DNA of 64,000 bases from Lingula anatina (taxonomy: Eukaryota > Animalia > Brachiopoda), in the NCBI GenBank assembly GCA_051362555.1, contig CM120640.1, positions 64,396,788 through 64,460,787 on the forward strand. The letters are read 5' to 3'. The notes below the pieces were generated by a model, which saw only the letters and a program-made list of their open reading frames with translations, was not told the origin of the DNA and searched no databases. Below, in pieces: positions 24,901 to 39,011 of the stretch (positions are counted from its first letter, which is position 1; the number at the start of each line of letters is the position of its first letter). A program made the translations under genes and the position numbers.

Positions 24901-27900
24901 GCACCTTATATGCAGAGCATGCTTCAGCATCTCTCTGCTAACCCTGAATTGGCGTCACAAGTGAGTGCAGATAATCAAAAATAGTTCTGCAATTTGAATC
25001 AACCTTTATTAAGCTGGGTTTTTTGCCCAGTGCAAAGAAAAATTAAATATCAAGACCTAAAAAAAGCTTTGATAGTTGGCATTGCATCAAGTTCCTATTT
25101 TCCTATTATTGGTATTTATCCCTATTTCTCCTATTTTCTTGAAAAAACTCATTTTTTACTGTTTTTGTGGTCTTGAAATGATGTTATGTATATTTTGGGA
25201 AAAATGAAATAAGGCAAATTTGAAAGAAGAAATTGCATGCAATTAGACTTCCTTTCAAAAGTTCTCCACAAGTTCACTTCCTGCTGTTCAGTTAATTGAT
25301 TGCCATGTTATATCCTATTTTCTTTCTTTTTGAAAGTCTTTAAACTGGGTGCCCTGATGTGGCAAAATGGCTTAGAATGGTGTTTTTGCACAGGTTTAGG
25401 TATATTTTACAGAAAATATATATGTATAAATACACACATTGAGTAATTTCTTGAGTCATGAAATACAACATTTTCCGCGTAACCATAAGAGACTTGCTAA
25501 CTATAGTTACGAGTCAACAAAATATGATTATATTAGTATGTGCATGAAGTGTTTCACAAAGTGTTCATGAAAAGCAATTGAGTGACAACAGGATTCTTTT
25601 AACATTTCTGTTCTAGGTGTTCACAGTTTTTTTTTTTTTTACCTTTTGATGTCAGAAGGGGATGGGATGTTCTTTCACTTGTTTTAATTTCACTGATTTA
25701 AATTACCTTTCCAATTACTTCCTCAGATTATGTCTCAGAGCCCTATTTTTGCTGGCAATCCGCAGTTACAGGAGTACACCAGACAACAGCTTCCGATTTT
25801 TTTGCAACAGGTATGAAGTTTTGTTCTCATATGAAGTGTGGCATACATTATACTTGTAAAGGACCTCATGTATCTACTGCTCTGTTTTGCTCCTTGCAAG
25901 TTTTTCATTGCAAGTAGCCAGATAGCAGTTGCCCATTAACAGTTTGACTGCAGTGGGAATCATTCGAGAGATTTAACTTGAAATAAAATGTGTGAGAATC
26001 CACATGAGGTGGGGCCTACATTTTAGCAATAAGGGTGACTTCTATGCACTGGGATTATCATCTTAAAAAGCAATGCAAAAGTAACACACGAAACATAGTG
26101 AAAGTGTACTATTGTGCATAAGACTGCAATAGATAGATCTATAGATAGATTTGTGGGTAAATTCTGTCCGCTTTTGTTAGTTGCTTCACCCCACTCGCTG
26201 GTCTGTCTTAATTTCTGATCCCACTCTTCTCCAAATCCCTGGTTTAAACTTAAGTCTCAGATGATGCCCATTGCCTGGATAGATAGATACACCAGCCAAA
26301 TGCAATCGTCATTGTTTTTATTACATGACTTTGATTTTGAATGTACTGAATACCCTGCCTAATTTAATCAGATTTTCAAAGCAGAGACCACAGTGGCTGT
26401 GAGTGTGTTGGCAAGTTCCCAAACACCTGTAGATTGTGGTAAATTGTAAGGAAGTGAGGTGCCAGCTTATGGCAGAAAACATGACCATATCACCTGGAGT
26501 TGTCATTTTATCTCAAACCTGGTTGGCTGAAACAGTCAGTGCAAATAAGGGAACTTAACACCTCATTCAAATAAGCTGGTTGACAGAAAGACCTCCAATA
26601 GGTACAACACCACAAGTAATATTTTGTGAGGTTAAGATGCTATGAAACATTTGACCAAGTCCAATTATATTTTCACTTCAAGCTTTGATAAATCTACAAC
26701 AGCTATTCAAGTATTTATTCATTTCCCCCCATCAAAAACTTCATGCGTACAGAAAATAACTTTTTCCCCTTCTGGGGTTGCAACATATTAATATAAATAC
26801 ACAGATATTGTAAGAACTATGCACCCAGGTGTCTCTAATAGCTGTTAAACCCAATCATTTTAGATGCAGAATCCAGAAGTACAAAATGTTATGACAAACC
26901 CCAGAGCACTTCAAGCAATCATGCAGATTCAGCAAGGATTACAGACTCTACAGGCTGAGTCCCCTTCACTTCTCCCAGGGTTAGTAGCTATTTTTATTGA
27001 TTTTATTATGACTATAACAGAGACCACATTGTCATTTTCATTAAAAAGAAATATTGTTTTTGAAGATTGGATGCCCATCCCCCTAAAAATTGAAATGAGT
27101 TTTAGAAATGTTTACAAATTTGCCATATTACCACAAAATGAACAAAAGAAGGATGTGTTGTGGTTAGAATATAATTTGATTCTTACATGGAGACCTCTAT
27201 TGCAGAAGGTGATTTTATTTTGTGGTTAAGCTGAGCTGTAACGGTTTCAAAAGTTTTTGTGGTATCCAGTGATAAGTCATGTAATGTCTAATACAAGTGC
27301 CTTTTTGCATGTATATGACATTTTTTTTTCAGTCAAATCTAATGGGTATTTTTTGTATCTTTAAGCATGGGTTTAGCAGGGGCAGTACCACCCCCCATGA
27401 CAATACCAGGGTCAACTAACAGTGGCACAACTGGTTCAAGTACGGTAACAACATCAACAACATCAACAACTGCCACAACAGCAACAAGTGGTACCATGCC
27501 CACTACATCGCCAGGAGCCCCGGCCAACACTGCCACGCCCTCTGGTGGTCTGCCAGGGCAGGGGGGTGCCGATCCCCTGGGTGGGTTCATGGCGCAGATG
27601 CTAGGAATGATGGCACAAGGGCAAGGAGGAGGGGCTGATTTGGTGAGTAGAGCTGCTCTGAAAACAAAATGCAGAAAAAAAAACAATTAGAGAACCATTG
27701 AACTTAAAGATACATGTGTCTGTAAAGTAAGTTTATTCATGCTTAGGGTTTTTTATGTGACTGTGAAGTTTATATCCAATGTATTATTATAAATAAGATC
27801 TTATGACAGGCATTTTATTTATTGCACTTCATCTGTATTTTAAGTTTAAGACCTCTAAGCAATTGTTACTAACAATGTTAGCTAGCCATGTTTCTATGAA

Positions 27901-28907
27901 TACAATATTTATTTGGGAACCACTTTCAAATTGCCGCTAAAACTGCATAGTATTTTAACATAAAATTTAACTTTTTTTTCCCTTACATACATATTAAGTG
28001 GTGCATTAAACCTCAAAAAAAATTATTTGTATTCAGGGATTTTTAAATTTAGTTTCGTATTTTAATGTCCTACACCCCATTCTCATAGATTAGATCGACC
28101 TACATTGGATCGACCTAACTCCCTGGGGGTTCACGCTAAATAGCTGTCAGCCGGGCGGACACGAAAGTTAATTACCCCTTAAAGCTTGTAGTAGGCGGGG
28201 ACGGACACTTAAGGGGGATTATCTGACAGTAATCTAGTGAGACTCCCCGCGGTGATAGATCGATCTAAAAGTTGTGAGAACAGAGCCCTATTTTATATTG
28301 AGAAACAGGGGAACTTAGGATTAGTATTTGCATGAAAGAATATCAGGTATATAAAATAAGGTATGGCAAAAATTCAAAAGGAACTCTCAGTGTATAGAAA
28401 AGGATCCAAAACTACACATTCAGGTGCAGTTCTTTTGCTAACTATATTAAGTTGATATTTTGATATTATTTTCTTTAACACTGTGTTTTTGTCTTTAGAA
28501 TACTGCCCCAGAGCAGCGGTATGCCTCACAACTGGAACAACTTGCTGCAATGGGTTTTATAAACAGGGAGGCAAATATACAAGGTAAAAGCAACTAGCTA
28601 TAGTTTTAACTACATTTAACGGTAATTGAGTGAATTGCCTAAAAAACTTTTCTTTTTTTTAATTGAATGAAATTTTTTGAAATAGGAAGTACTTCTTGCT
28701 TAATAACAAACTCACCAAAAACAAAATTTACGTAGTTTTCAGGAAACCTAATAATAACCTAGTTATAGTCACCTCTTCATTGAAATAATCCTGGATTTGT
28801 TAATCACCATTACAACTTGATATGTTTTTCTTGACACAGCATTAATTGCCACATATGGGGATGTGAATGACGCTATAGACAGGTTGCTGCAGCAAAGAGG
28901 AAACTGA
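16441..28907 (+). CDS. UBQLN: Ubiquilin (UBL - STI1 repeats - UBA), complete, ~575 aa, 15 coding exons
   Basis: Exons are 16441-16545, 17446-17598, 19486-19518, 20028-20162, 20354-20479, 21091-21141, 22057-22134, 23670-23787, 24407-24550, 24806-24960, 25727-25810, 26864-26979, 27366-27642, 28499-28583 and 28840-28907 (TGA). All are GT-AG with consistent phases, totalling 1728 nt. UBL: [11 protein letters not shown]...[12 protein letters not shown]...[17 protein letters not shown]1/NP repeats: [61 protein letters not shown]: [42 protein letters not shown]. Confidence 0.96.
22325..22926. mobile_element. Non-autonomous TIR element (~600 bp) in ubiquilin intron
   Basis: The 26-bp TIRs TAGACTCGCCCTTCAAGAAATCGACG / CGTCGATTTCTTGAAGGGCAAGTCTA differ by 1 mismatch. 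The element is CpG-rich relative to its flanks and has an extra internal inverted copy at ~22701-22730. Confidence 0.8.
23801..24029 (+). mobile_element. Fold-back MITE family A, copy 3 (ubiquilin intron)
   Basis: The core is near-identical to copy 1, with inverted ends TTCCCACAGA...TCTGTGGGAA. Confidence 0.8.
28073..28288 (+). mobile_element. Fold-back MITE family A, copy 4 (ubiquilin intron)
   Basis: It has the same core (GACCTAACTCCCTGGG.GTTCACGCTAAA, GTTAATTACCC, AATCTAGTGAGACTCCCC) and TAGATCGA/TCGATCTA ends. Confidence 0.8.
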
Positions 28908-31900
28908 TGGATGACGCAGCCATCATGGACTATTCGTTAAGCCATTTCCAAGAAATGACTACAAGGAGAAAACATAATCCTTGACATTCGACTTGAAAAA
29001 CAAATAAAGAGCCTCACATACAGTCAAAATAGAAGGGATGGGAATCATCCAAAATAGCGCACAACAACACTGTTGTGCATTACATCATTCAAGACTAGAA
29101 ATGGGCAAAAATGTGCAAGATATGGGGCTAAACTTCCAACATTAAGGGTGAAACACTCTGTGCTGAGAATGTTGTCTTTTGAAGCAATACAAAAGAAACA
29201 CGCTACGTAAACATGGTGGATATGTACTGTTGTGCAAAAGCCTGTTTTTCTACAGAGCAAAATCCCCCCCCCCCCCCAAAAAATAAAAAATACTATATGA
29301 ATTCTGTCAGCTTTTTTCCTTGAGACACTGCACTCTCTTGTGTGTCATTATTTCTGACCCCTCTCTTCAAATCCCCTGAATTCTCTTTAAGTCACAACAC
29401 TTTGGACTATCTTGGACGATTCCCATGAAGTTTTAAAAACAAAGTATTTTCATATGAAGTGAGGAAATTAAATTTAGTAATGCATGAGAAATAAGTGGAA
29501 AAGGAACCGATGTGTGAAAAAGTGATGTCATAGGATATTTCTACTATCTTTATGAGTGTAATCTCTGAAGTGCTCCACACACCCTGGCAAGATTGAGCTT
29601 GAAAAACTGGGACGATTCTTTCATTTATTAATGAGTTTTTCATTGGTTTAAAGTCAGAATTTAAAAGGTAGAAGGTATTAAGCTGCAAATTCACTACCAT
29701 AGGGAGATGATATTAGATACAGATAGGCTTTTGAAATGCAAATATTATCAGTCCAGTGATAGAGACGTATTCATTAATTATTTTCATCCCCATGGTTAAT
29801 AAACAATAGAAATAACATACATGCATCCTGGTATTTTTATTGCATTGTGCGAGGAATTCAGCTTTTTATGTGATATTATAGTGTTCCTATTGTTGTGGTA
29901 TCTATATTATTTCTTCTTTGGCATTCATCAATAAACAATCAATCAATAAACAAAATTTAATGATCAGTAGCACAGATATTGTTAAAATAACTCCTTATTT
30001 GTCAACTGCAACTATACTAATGGTCAGTTCACTAATAAATAAAGGTGTAGGCATTGTTGTGCTGCCTTGTTTATATTCTTCCAGTTGGATGTGTAGATTA
30101 AAAATGTTACAGAAGTTACGAAATTTTATTCTAGAGAGAGCTACACTGCAGAAATGAGAGTGTGCAACGGAGTATTTGAGGGATGTACTTCACTCTGGTC
30201 TGTTTTTATAATCTTTTAATTATTACATTGTATCAACACGCGTGCACACGCACACACACATTTACGTTTATTTGTACAACATGAGTCTCATGACCATTTA
30301 ATTAATGTTTTGTAAATGTAGTTTGGAATGCAGCGTTTGTTGTTTTAGAACAAATCTTGCAACATAATGTCGGTTGAAATTCTCCAGAGATTATTTCATA
30401 GCATTTCTTATTTAGATAGGTTAATTTTTTATCCTTAAATGATGGTTATTTCTCGTAATCTCTCTCGCTCTCTCTCACACACACAAACACACACACACAC
30501 ACACCACGTAAAAACGGCACTACATTGTTCTGAAGTCCTCCAACCATAAAAAACATTTTTCCATGCCGAACAGTTTGTTGGATCCCAATAACTTACGCCG
30601 GTGTGGCGAGTCCTGTCTGTATCGCTGTAAGTGAATAGCGGACGACGTCCTATAATTGTAACACGGAAAATCATCCATCTCTCCACTATCTTGTTAGCAG
30701 TCAGACGCATAACGTCATTTCAATCGGAAACCTCCGCATCATTGCTTTTATATGAAAGGCAAGCGCTAAATTTTGCTTTTTGTTCCCTTAATTGATAAAT
30801 AGACTGGATAAGGTTCATTATTTATGATTGCTTTTATGGTGAACTTTATTTACATTTTGGTATTTGATCGCTTCCTTTATCTTCGGAGATTACTGGATTT
30901 ATTGAATGTGCTCAGCGTTAATTATGTACTAGGTAGACTCAATAGGAATACGCATTAAACAGCGCGCGTTACTCTTGTTGATTGTCTTAAATGCAGCACG
31001 GTGCGTTTCGCAATTATGGCGGCTCCTCACTGAGAAAGGTAATTTGAAACAAGCCACGTCAAGTTACGGAAGAAACTCCCAGGTGTCTAAAGAAACCTGA
31101 CTGGGACCATAGTCCGTGAAATAGACACTTTGCTTCTATAGTAAGGTTGTTGGTTGAGAGAGATGCGCCCGATTGCTTGCTTTCATGGCTCCGTCCTTAG
31201 TCTGCAAGACGAGATGTTAATGTTGTCGGATGCGCAAGGAAGTGGCGGAAGTTTTCCCTTAATGAATAAATGGCAAAAATACTTACATGTCATGAAGGCT
31301 TTTATTCTATTAAGCTTTACGGTCAAAGCACAGATAAATTAATCGAATGCAGATTTTTTCTCATGCAGTCGCAAACGTTAAAACATTAAAATGAGTAGAT
31401 CTGAGGCCTGTTGGCATTAGAAAATAGGTAGTATTTGGAAAAATAAACAATTGTTGTCTTTGAAATGAACATTTCTCTAACTGAAACACTTTCACTGTAA
31501 TCAAGATTGTCAATACATCTAATCGGTCTCGAATTTTTAGTCATTTAAAACAATTTGAATTTGGAATTACATTTTACTTATTGTGAAATATGACTAATAA
31601 AAAATAGCCTCCCAATTTATGAGATTCTAGAGTAAGGTGAAACATATTCCAAGTAATAGACTAAGTGGTGATTCTTTAAGCACGTTATTACTTATTATTC
31701 TGACAAACAATCATTCCCACTCTTTTTAATTTCCTCAAGTGAAAACTCATTTCGTTCTCTCGTGACAACTCCGGAATCTGTCACTCCGCCATTCGTGTTG
31801 ACGAGGTGAGATACAGTTTTTTTTATGAATATCAGAATGCCTTTTTATTATTTCTTTAACGTGTTCACTAAACTAAAAAATGTAGCCAGAAAATGTCCCT

Positions 31901-34128
31901 TACTTATATTGCCTCATCGGAAAGATAGGAAATGAATTTACCTCTATTTCAAATAATGTAAACCTAATATCAGCTTTTTTTGTCATTTAAAATAGGCCAT
32001 CTGATACTTTATCAAATATGTCAGATAATATTTATTGTTTCAATATAAATGCATGCTCAATATTCTGCAAAGTGCATTCTATCGTAATAACAATTTAAAT
32101 CACTGGTCTACTTGTAATCACATCAAGGTCATATAAAGGGAGAGTAACTGTTCATTTTGGCTAAACGTATTTTTCCTGGGATAAACGAATATTTTCCTAT
32201 ACTTACCAATGGTTAATGAATCCGTTCCGATATTCAAAGTTTATTTTTGTAATAATCTCTGAGAGATTATTACAGAGGGTATCCATCCAGAATAATTCTC
32301 ATAACCCCCGTTTTCCTGGTAAAAAATAATTTATCGCATTTCTGTGAGTTGTTTACAATGTATCTATTGTGAAATATGAATCTCATAAGAAGAGTTGTTA
32401 TCCTTTTAAACACAATATGTATTCTAATCAATAATAAATATCTTTATTTACAGTAAAAAAAAAAATCATGTCTTTTACAGAGAATATGCTGATAAGTTAT
32501 TATGATTCAATTTCCAATCACGAAAGTTCTTATTTCCTGTTTCCTCCAAGATTTGTAATTTATGAAAAATATCTGTTAACTTCTAATTTTGTTGAAAATT
32601 AATCTTCAGAATGGTTTGTGACGGATGCTGTAACAAAACAGTCAAATACATACCCGGTTTTTGCTCCCAAAATATTGTTAACTGAATTTTCAAGCGTCCT
32701 CAGCAATTTTATTATTTTTTTTAATAGACCGTCACTCTAAAACGTGTTCTAGGCTTAGAAGCGCTTAGTTACATGATCAGAAGGGAATGTTTAGTGGGAA
32801 CGTTTACGTGTATATGAGCAATATTACTTCGTCTAAAATGCTACATAGGTCTACTGAATAAACAGAAACGTAAAAACCATTTGTTTCAAAAGACGCGATA
32901 TCCCATTTAAAATAAAAACAAATGTTATATTCAAAGTGGATAAGAAGATTTAAACCAACAAAAGTCCTCTGCCTTTTTAAGCATTGTTCTTGCCTGCACA
33001 AAGGTTGTATAATTTTAAAAAATTTGAAACACTTGGAATTTTGTGTTTGGTAGGTTGCCCTTATGCACAGCATTACTTACCTTTCTAGTGCTTCAGATGT
33101 ATATTAAGTTTTTTCTTATGTGTATAAGAATCGTGAAATCATACACTGTACATCCCGTGCACCTGTGACATTAAAGCAGTGATAAAACTGGCACGGTTTC
33201 TGAGGACGCTAAATAATCAGGATTTTATCGCTTCTCAATTTGAATGTGTTGTTCTACAATAAATGTCTGTAGTATTTTCATTTTATACTTGATTCTGGTA
33301 CGGTAAGTTCTGCTGTAAAAATCCTCTGTCATATGCTCCAGCTGTGATGGACTGGCCTGATGGTATCCATCGGAGTGTGGTCAGTGCGTGTCAAATTTTT
33401 GAGCTAATATTGAATCCTGTTTTGTTTCTACGGGGAGAAAAAAAGACGACAACTGAACGGATTGCCTAAGGCTTCCGACAACGACTCACCATAATATAGC
33501 AATATATTTATATTTGGCATGAACGATGTGGCATTAAGTGAAAGCAACATTATTGTCTTCCTGTGACAATCCTTGTCTGAAAGATTTACGTCAAGAATGT
33601 GGTTCCCATTCATCTGCGTTTTCTCTTAACTTAATGCTATTTTATTCATTGTCTATCTCTTGCTCTTTGGACAAGGCCGGTTTGCGTGAGCATAAGTCTG
33701 TTACCTCGATACTTATCATGTTGTTCTCGATAGGAGCCTAGTCAGAGTTTGAACAGTGACAAAGCTAGCCATCCAAAACACTGCCTTGTCAACTCACTCA
33801 TCAGCAATAGGTGAGTATCAGGTAATGCAGTGAATTTTTCAATTTTGCTACAGCCATGCTGATGGACATTTTTTACCCGTCAGTCTTCTTGGTTATCATG
33901 TCACCTAAAACAGTGTTCTGTAGTCATTAGCTAGCGTCCTGATTTCAAAGCAAACCCAACTTTCCCTTTTTGACTTTTTTCATATATTTCCATCAACATT
34001 CCATGATATGATCGACATGTAGAGAGATATGGGACGTAATCTACCCCTTCACGATGGATATTAGTTACCTGACAAAATCTCAAGTACTCATGAGAAGTCT
34101 GGACATATCCTCTAACAAATAGAGTAAT

Positions 34129-34176
<48 letters not shown>

Positions 34177-37100
34177 TTTAAAGACAACAAACTTCTTAAT
34201 TAGAGAACAATCATTCTGTAAGAACATTGTCCGGTTATAAATCAAAGGTTTGATTGATATATTTTCTTTTACCTACCATAAAAGCATATATTACTATATT
34301 ATTTACAAGATTAGAAAAGAACACTTTTCTTCATTTTGCATGGAAAAATTTATATTCATTCGATGAAGTTGGTCTCTGTTCTGTTTTATATACTGTGTTA
34401 CTCCAGAAATAGATGCGCTTTTATGGAGCACAGCACGGTGGAAGTATCATGCTCCAACTTAAAAGAATTCCATGCTGTTCTCGACCATCTGCTTCTATGA
34501 CCGGTGACAAACAAAACCTAAATTTGATTACCTAGATGTTTTACCACTTGAGAGTACATCTTCTGTATTCTTTTTATTATTCCGTTTTAAACAGTGAATA
34601 TTATCATGAATGCAGCTTTTGAGGCAACCTTTAGGAGGTCAAAGTCTCTTCCAATTTTTCAATTATGAAACAATATCCACGTGTGACTTGCATTCACCGT
34701 GACAACACCCGCTCTCGTCGCGTGCCTTACACAAACAACCTGAAAGAAAAGGTAAGAAAGAAATTGACTGAGGAACATATTTTCGCGTGCTAAATTGGCC
34801 GAGGTGACGTTTGCGAGAAGTTGCTGCAGGTGTTGGAGCCGCTCGCAATACACAGCCTGTTTTGGAGGTGTGAAAAATCCACGCGCTAGTGTGACAAGCC
34901 TTCTGCCTGGCGTTGCTGTTGCTGCTGCACGAAAACTAAAGTCCAGGCCTTTCTGAGACATTAAAATACGAAGTATATATATCGTGGTACGTTTATATGT
35001 ATTTATTTGACTGATGCTGCTCCATTCAGATGTAAGACACATGATCGTTAACCGTGTTTCTTTTTCTAATGTTTGGAATTGTTAGCATCAAAAATAAAAA
35101 TTCAAATAATTAAGGCAAAAAAAAATGTTACAAAATGAATCATATTTAGACTAAATACACTGCACGTCTTCAGATGATAATGACAATGATGATACCTGAA
35201 AACTAATTTAAAGTGATAGGAGTGCGGAATATGCGACAATGAAGGAACAAATTACAGCATGATCAACTCCTTTGATTCTGGTCTTCTAATAAAGCTATGT
35301 GTTTATATCGGAGTGCTTGACTCGTTGCCGTCATTAAGCCCCTGCCGTGCGTCTTTCATCGTCCACGTGCTCGGTATAAACAATTACTTACTCGCATTTC
35401 CCCCCGACAACTATTGTTTAATTTTGCGTCGAATGCACGCGAGGTTAGCCGAGGCACAGTGTGACACGACTGGGCCCCACAGAGACGCTCGCTGAGACGC
35501 AATACGGACTGACCGAGTTGTGAACGCGAACAAAGCGGTTTTTTTATGTAGATCGTGTGTGCAGTTGCTGTTTCATTAAACAAACTTATTGGAGATGATA
35601 ACGATATTCTGTATTCTGGAGGTGCAATGATGGCGTTAAGGAGTGTATGGATATAGCCACAGGGCTACAGTATTCAGAACACACCGTTTACTGATTAAAT
35701 CTGCTAAATTGAAGATTCTTTTAATCATACAATCCATGAATTGAAGAACAATAATGTGTAACAGATAAACAAATGAAGAAATATAGTTTATTCTCAAGAT
35801 GTGCATTTTATTCCGCCTGCTAGACATATACAATATATAATATATAATATATGTATATGTTTTCTGTAATCAGACAATATTCCATCCGAGTTATCCATTT
35901 ACAAGAAAAGCGGAAATTTTAAAAACAATTTCCCTTTGATGCATATTTGTCTATTAGACTATCTCTTTAAATTTAAAAAGACAGCGCTTGCATATATAGG
36001 AAATCTCTCACAATCAGATGTTTTTAATGTAAACGAATACAATCCTTTTCCAGTATCAACTTTTCCTGTACCAAACTCTGAACAGGTTGAACCACAAATC
36101 AATTTCTACCTAACAAAAATCCATATTGGTGTCATCTTCCTCCGACTGAAAGAAGGTTTCTATCTGGCTATTTTGTGTGAACCTACACGCTTATTAAAAT
36201 AACGAAGGAAGTGTTCAGCGTCTTAGTGGTGAACAGAAAAAAAGAAAAAGTTTTTTTTCTGCATATAAGGCAACTGCACAAGTAACATTATTCATACCTC
36301 GCGCTTGTTCTCTTTGCAAAGATTTCCACGAAAGTAAACCAAAGTGACGATAGCCAGGGATCTATTTTTAAAAGATTAATAAAAAACAAAAACAAAATTG
36401 ATTTTTGTCCTTGGTGTTGAAGGCTAACTAACCTTATTTGGGTATGGATAATCAATTCCGAGAAACTTTCTGCAGTGGATACGTGCCAAGACTAGCAAAC
36501 AGCTGTCGTCGTCAATACATTTTATTCTGTTGTTATATGTTACGAAAATCTGTTTATGGAATTCTAGCGAAAAGTTAGAATATTGACGTCTCAAAATGTT
36601 TTCTAGTTAACATAGAACATCACTTTATTGAATTCCCAAGTCAAAATCACGCTATGAATATACGTTTTTCTTGATTTGTCTCAAGCCAAGTCTTGGGCTC
36701 ACCTAGGACCACAAGCCAACCGAACAGTTCCCTGGCTTTGTTACTTGGAGCAAAAAGAGCAGTTTTTGATCAGTGGAATGAACTCCATTATTTCAGTAGG
36801 CTTTTATGCGCCACACAGATGCAAATAACATTTAACAATGTGGAAAAAAGGAACTATAATCTTAATGCGCTCCCACATTTGTCAAAATACAATGGCGACG
36901 CATCGGATTTTTTTTAAGACTCAGTTTTCAATTTTCGTGAAACAAAATATCAGATTTTTCTAAAATTTGACAACAAATTTGCATGAGGCAACACAACATG
37001 AAATTGTCTTAATATGGTTATTCTATATTGGTGGAAAGGTGCAAAGTTGAGCTATATGTATTTCATAGAAAATCTCTCCTGTAGTGCAAGCATGCCCACA

Positions 37101-37974
37101 TTTCAAATTATTGCAGATTTCGATAATAAGACGCATTTTCTTTTCAAACATTTATATGAAATGTTGCTCGACTCGTATGTCTAAATGATGTTTTTTGTTT
37201 TTGTTCCGTATTTATGATCACTGCGGTGATCATTTGATGGTGCTTATATAGGTGCCTATATAGTAAATAGTTTTTTTTTTTTTAATGTTTGATCTATGTC
37301 GAGTGTGTTGAAGCCGACGTTAAATGAGTTAGAAAAATGCCCTATTAAATGTCTACGGGCAGTAAATGTTTGGCCAAATAGAAATCCCTACTGGTGGAAA
37401 CCTGCATTTGAAATATTTAAAAAAGGCACAATCATATGCTTAAAGTTTCAATTGTACTGACAACACATATAAGCTGTTTTATTAACCAGTGTTCATGCTT
37501 GTGTTCGATGCGTGCGATTGCATTATCCAAATAATGAATATCTATACGTTAAATTGACTGTAAATACATTATGTTCATGATTAACTATCGAAATCAAAAG
37601 CTTTTCTGCGTCCAATTCATTTGCCTAGCGGTAATGAACGGAGGCAGTAAAAAGACAACAGTTGAAAGAATGAACCGAGGCAACTCAATTTCTCAGTTAA
37701 GCTGACAATTACTTAACCGACATCAAAGCAGAGATTTAATAACTGTATCTTATATGGGTATAATAAAAACAATCAGTTTATGAAGGTGCGACAGTAGGTC
37801 GCAAACATGTGTGATACATAGTGTACTCGGCGCAGAGGTTTGTCATATCCTGATTGGTTAATAGTGAAAGTGGGCTGTCCTTGTCGGACATGATTGAAGG
37901 CCAGAGTAACGCAGTACATAGCATCGAATATTTGACAGCTTTTAACGCAAGTAAAGCTCAGAAACCTTACGAAC

Positions 37975-38944
37975 ATGGAGGGGTGTAATTCTCTAAACCA
38001 CAAAGCTCCTGAAATGTTGCTGCCACCGGTTAACAACGGTAAGTAGATCATAAAAGGGCCTCAGTAATATCAATAATACGAATAATAAGGTAAATCACAT
38101 CTTGTTTTCTTGCAAGGACATGATAGGCTAATATATATGAGGCCTTATTAAATTTATTCCATGAGATTTGATTACCAGTTTTGCCTTATATCGTGAGATT
38201 TAATTATCATTTTCAGACCTGATTGAGTGCGAATCAGACGCAAAATTAAATCACAATAGCTGATTGCCGTAAGTCAGCAAAGCACGATTTTTATCAATCT
38301 AGCTGTTTTCGAGCAAAATCAAATCATTTTGTATTTCTATTGTATTTATATGCACGGTTGACTTCAATATCACTCCATTAACATTCCATTTCAGTCTCGA
38401 ATCGCGATAATAACTACAATAATGGAAAGAATGGCCTGTCTTCGGAGGAAGCGCACGGACTTGGCGAGAACAGCAGCGGAGGAAGCTCCGTCGGCGGACC
38501 AGAGAACGAAAAACCCGTAAAACAGAAGAGGCACAGGACACGTTTCACCCCCGCTCAGTTGAATGAACTGGAGAGAAGTTTTGCCAAGACCCATTACCCA
38601 GACATCTTCATGAGGGAAGAACTGGCACTAAGAATAGGTCTGACCGAGTCTAGGGTGCAGGTAGGCATAAAACAACTGGTTTTATATTTCGACCGTCAAA
38701 GAAAAAGGGATTGCGTTTGATGAAAAAATAAATAAAATAAATTATAAACCGCGTATATTTTGGTTCACAATGGAGCCCAGTCTGGTAAATTAATAGTGTT
38801 GCCAACATTCTAGCTCTCAAAACGTGCATTCTGCTTCAATTTAAGTAACCTTACAATAACATTTGTAACAAACGAAATTCTGGCTCCCAAGTACGCAGTC
38901 ATCATAAATAGCATTTCTTTTTAACTCTTATTAAGTTGTGTGTA

Positions 38945-39011
<67 letters not shown>

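Noticed and set aside
31154-31342. ORF MRPIACFHGSVLSLQDEML... as Otp first exon
   Set aside because: It has no suitable phase-1 donor. Exon 37975-38038 fits better.
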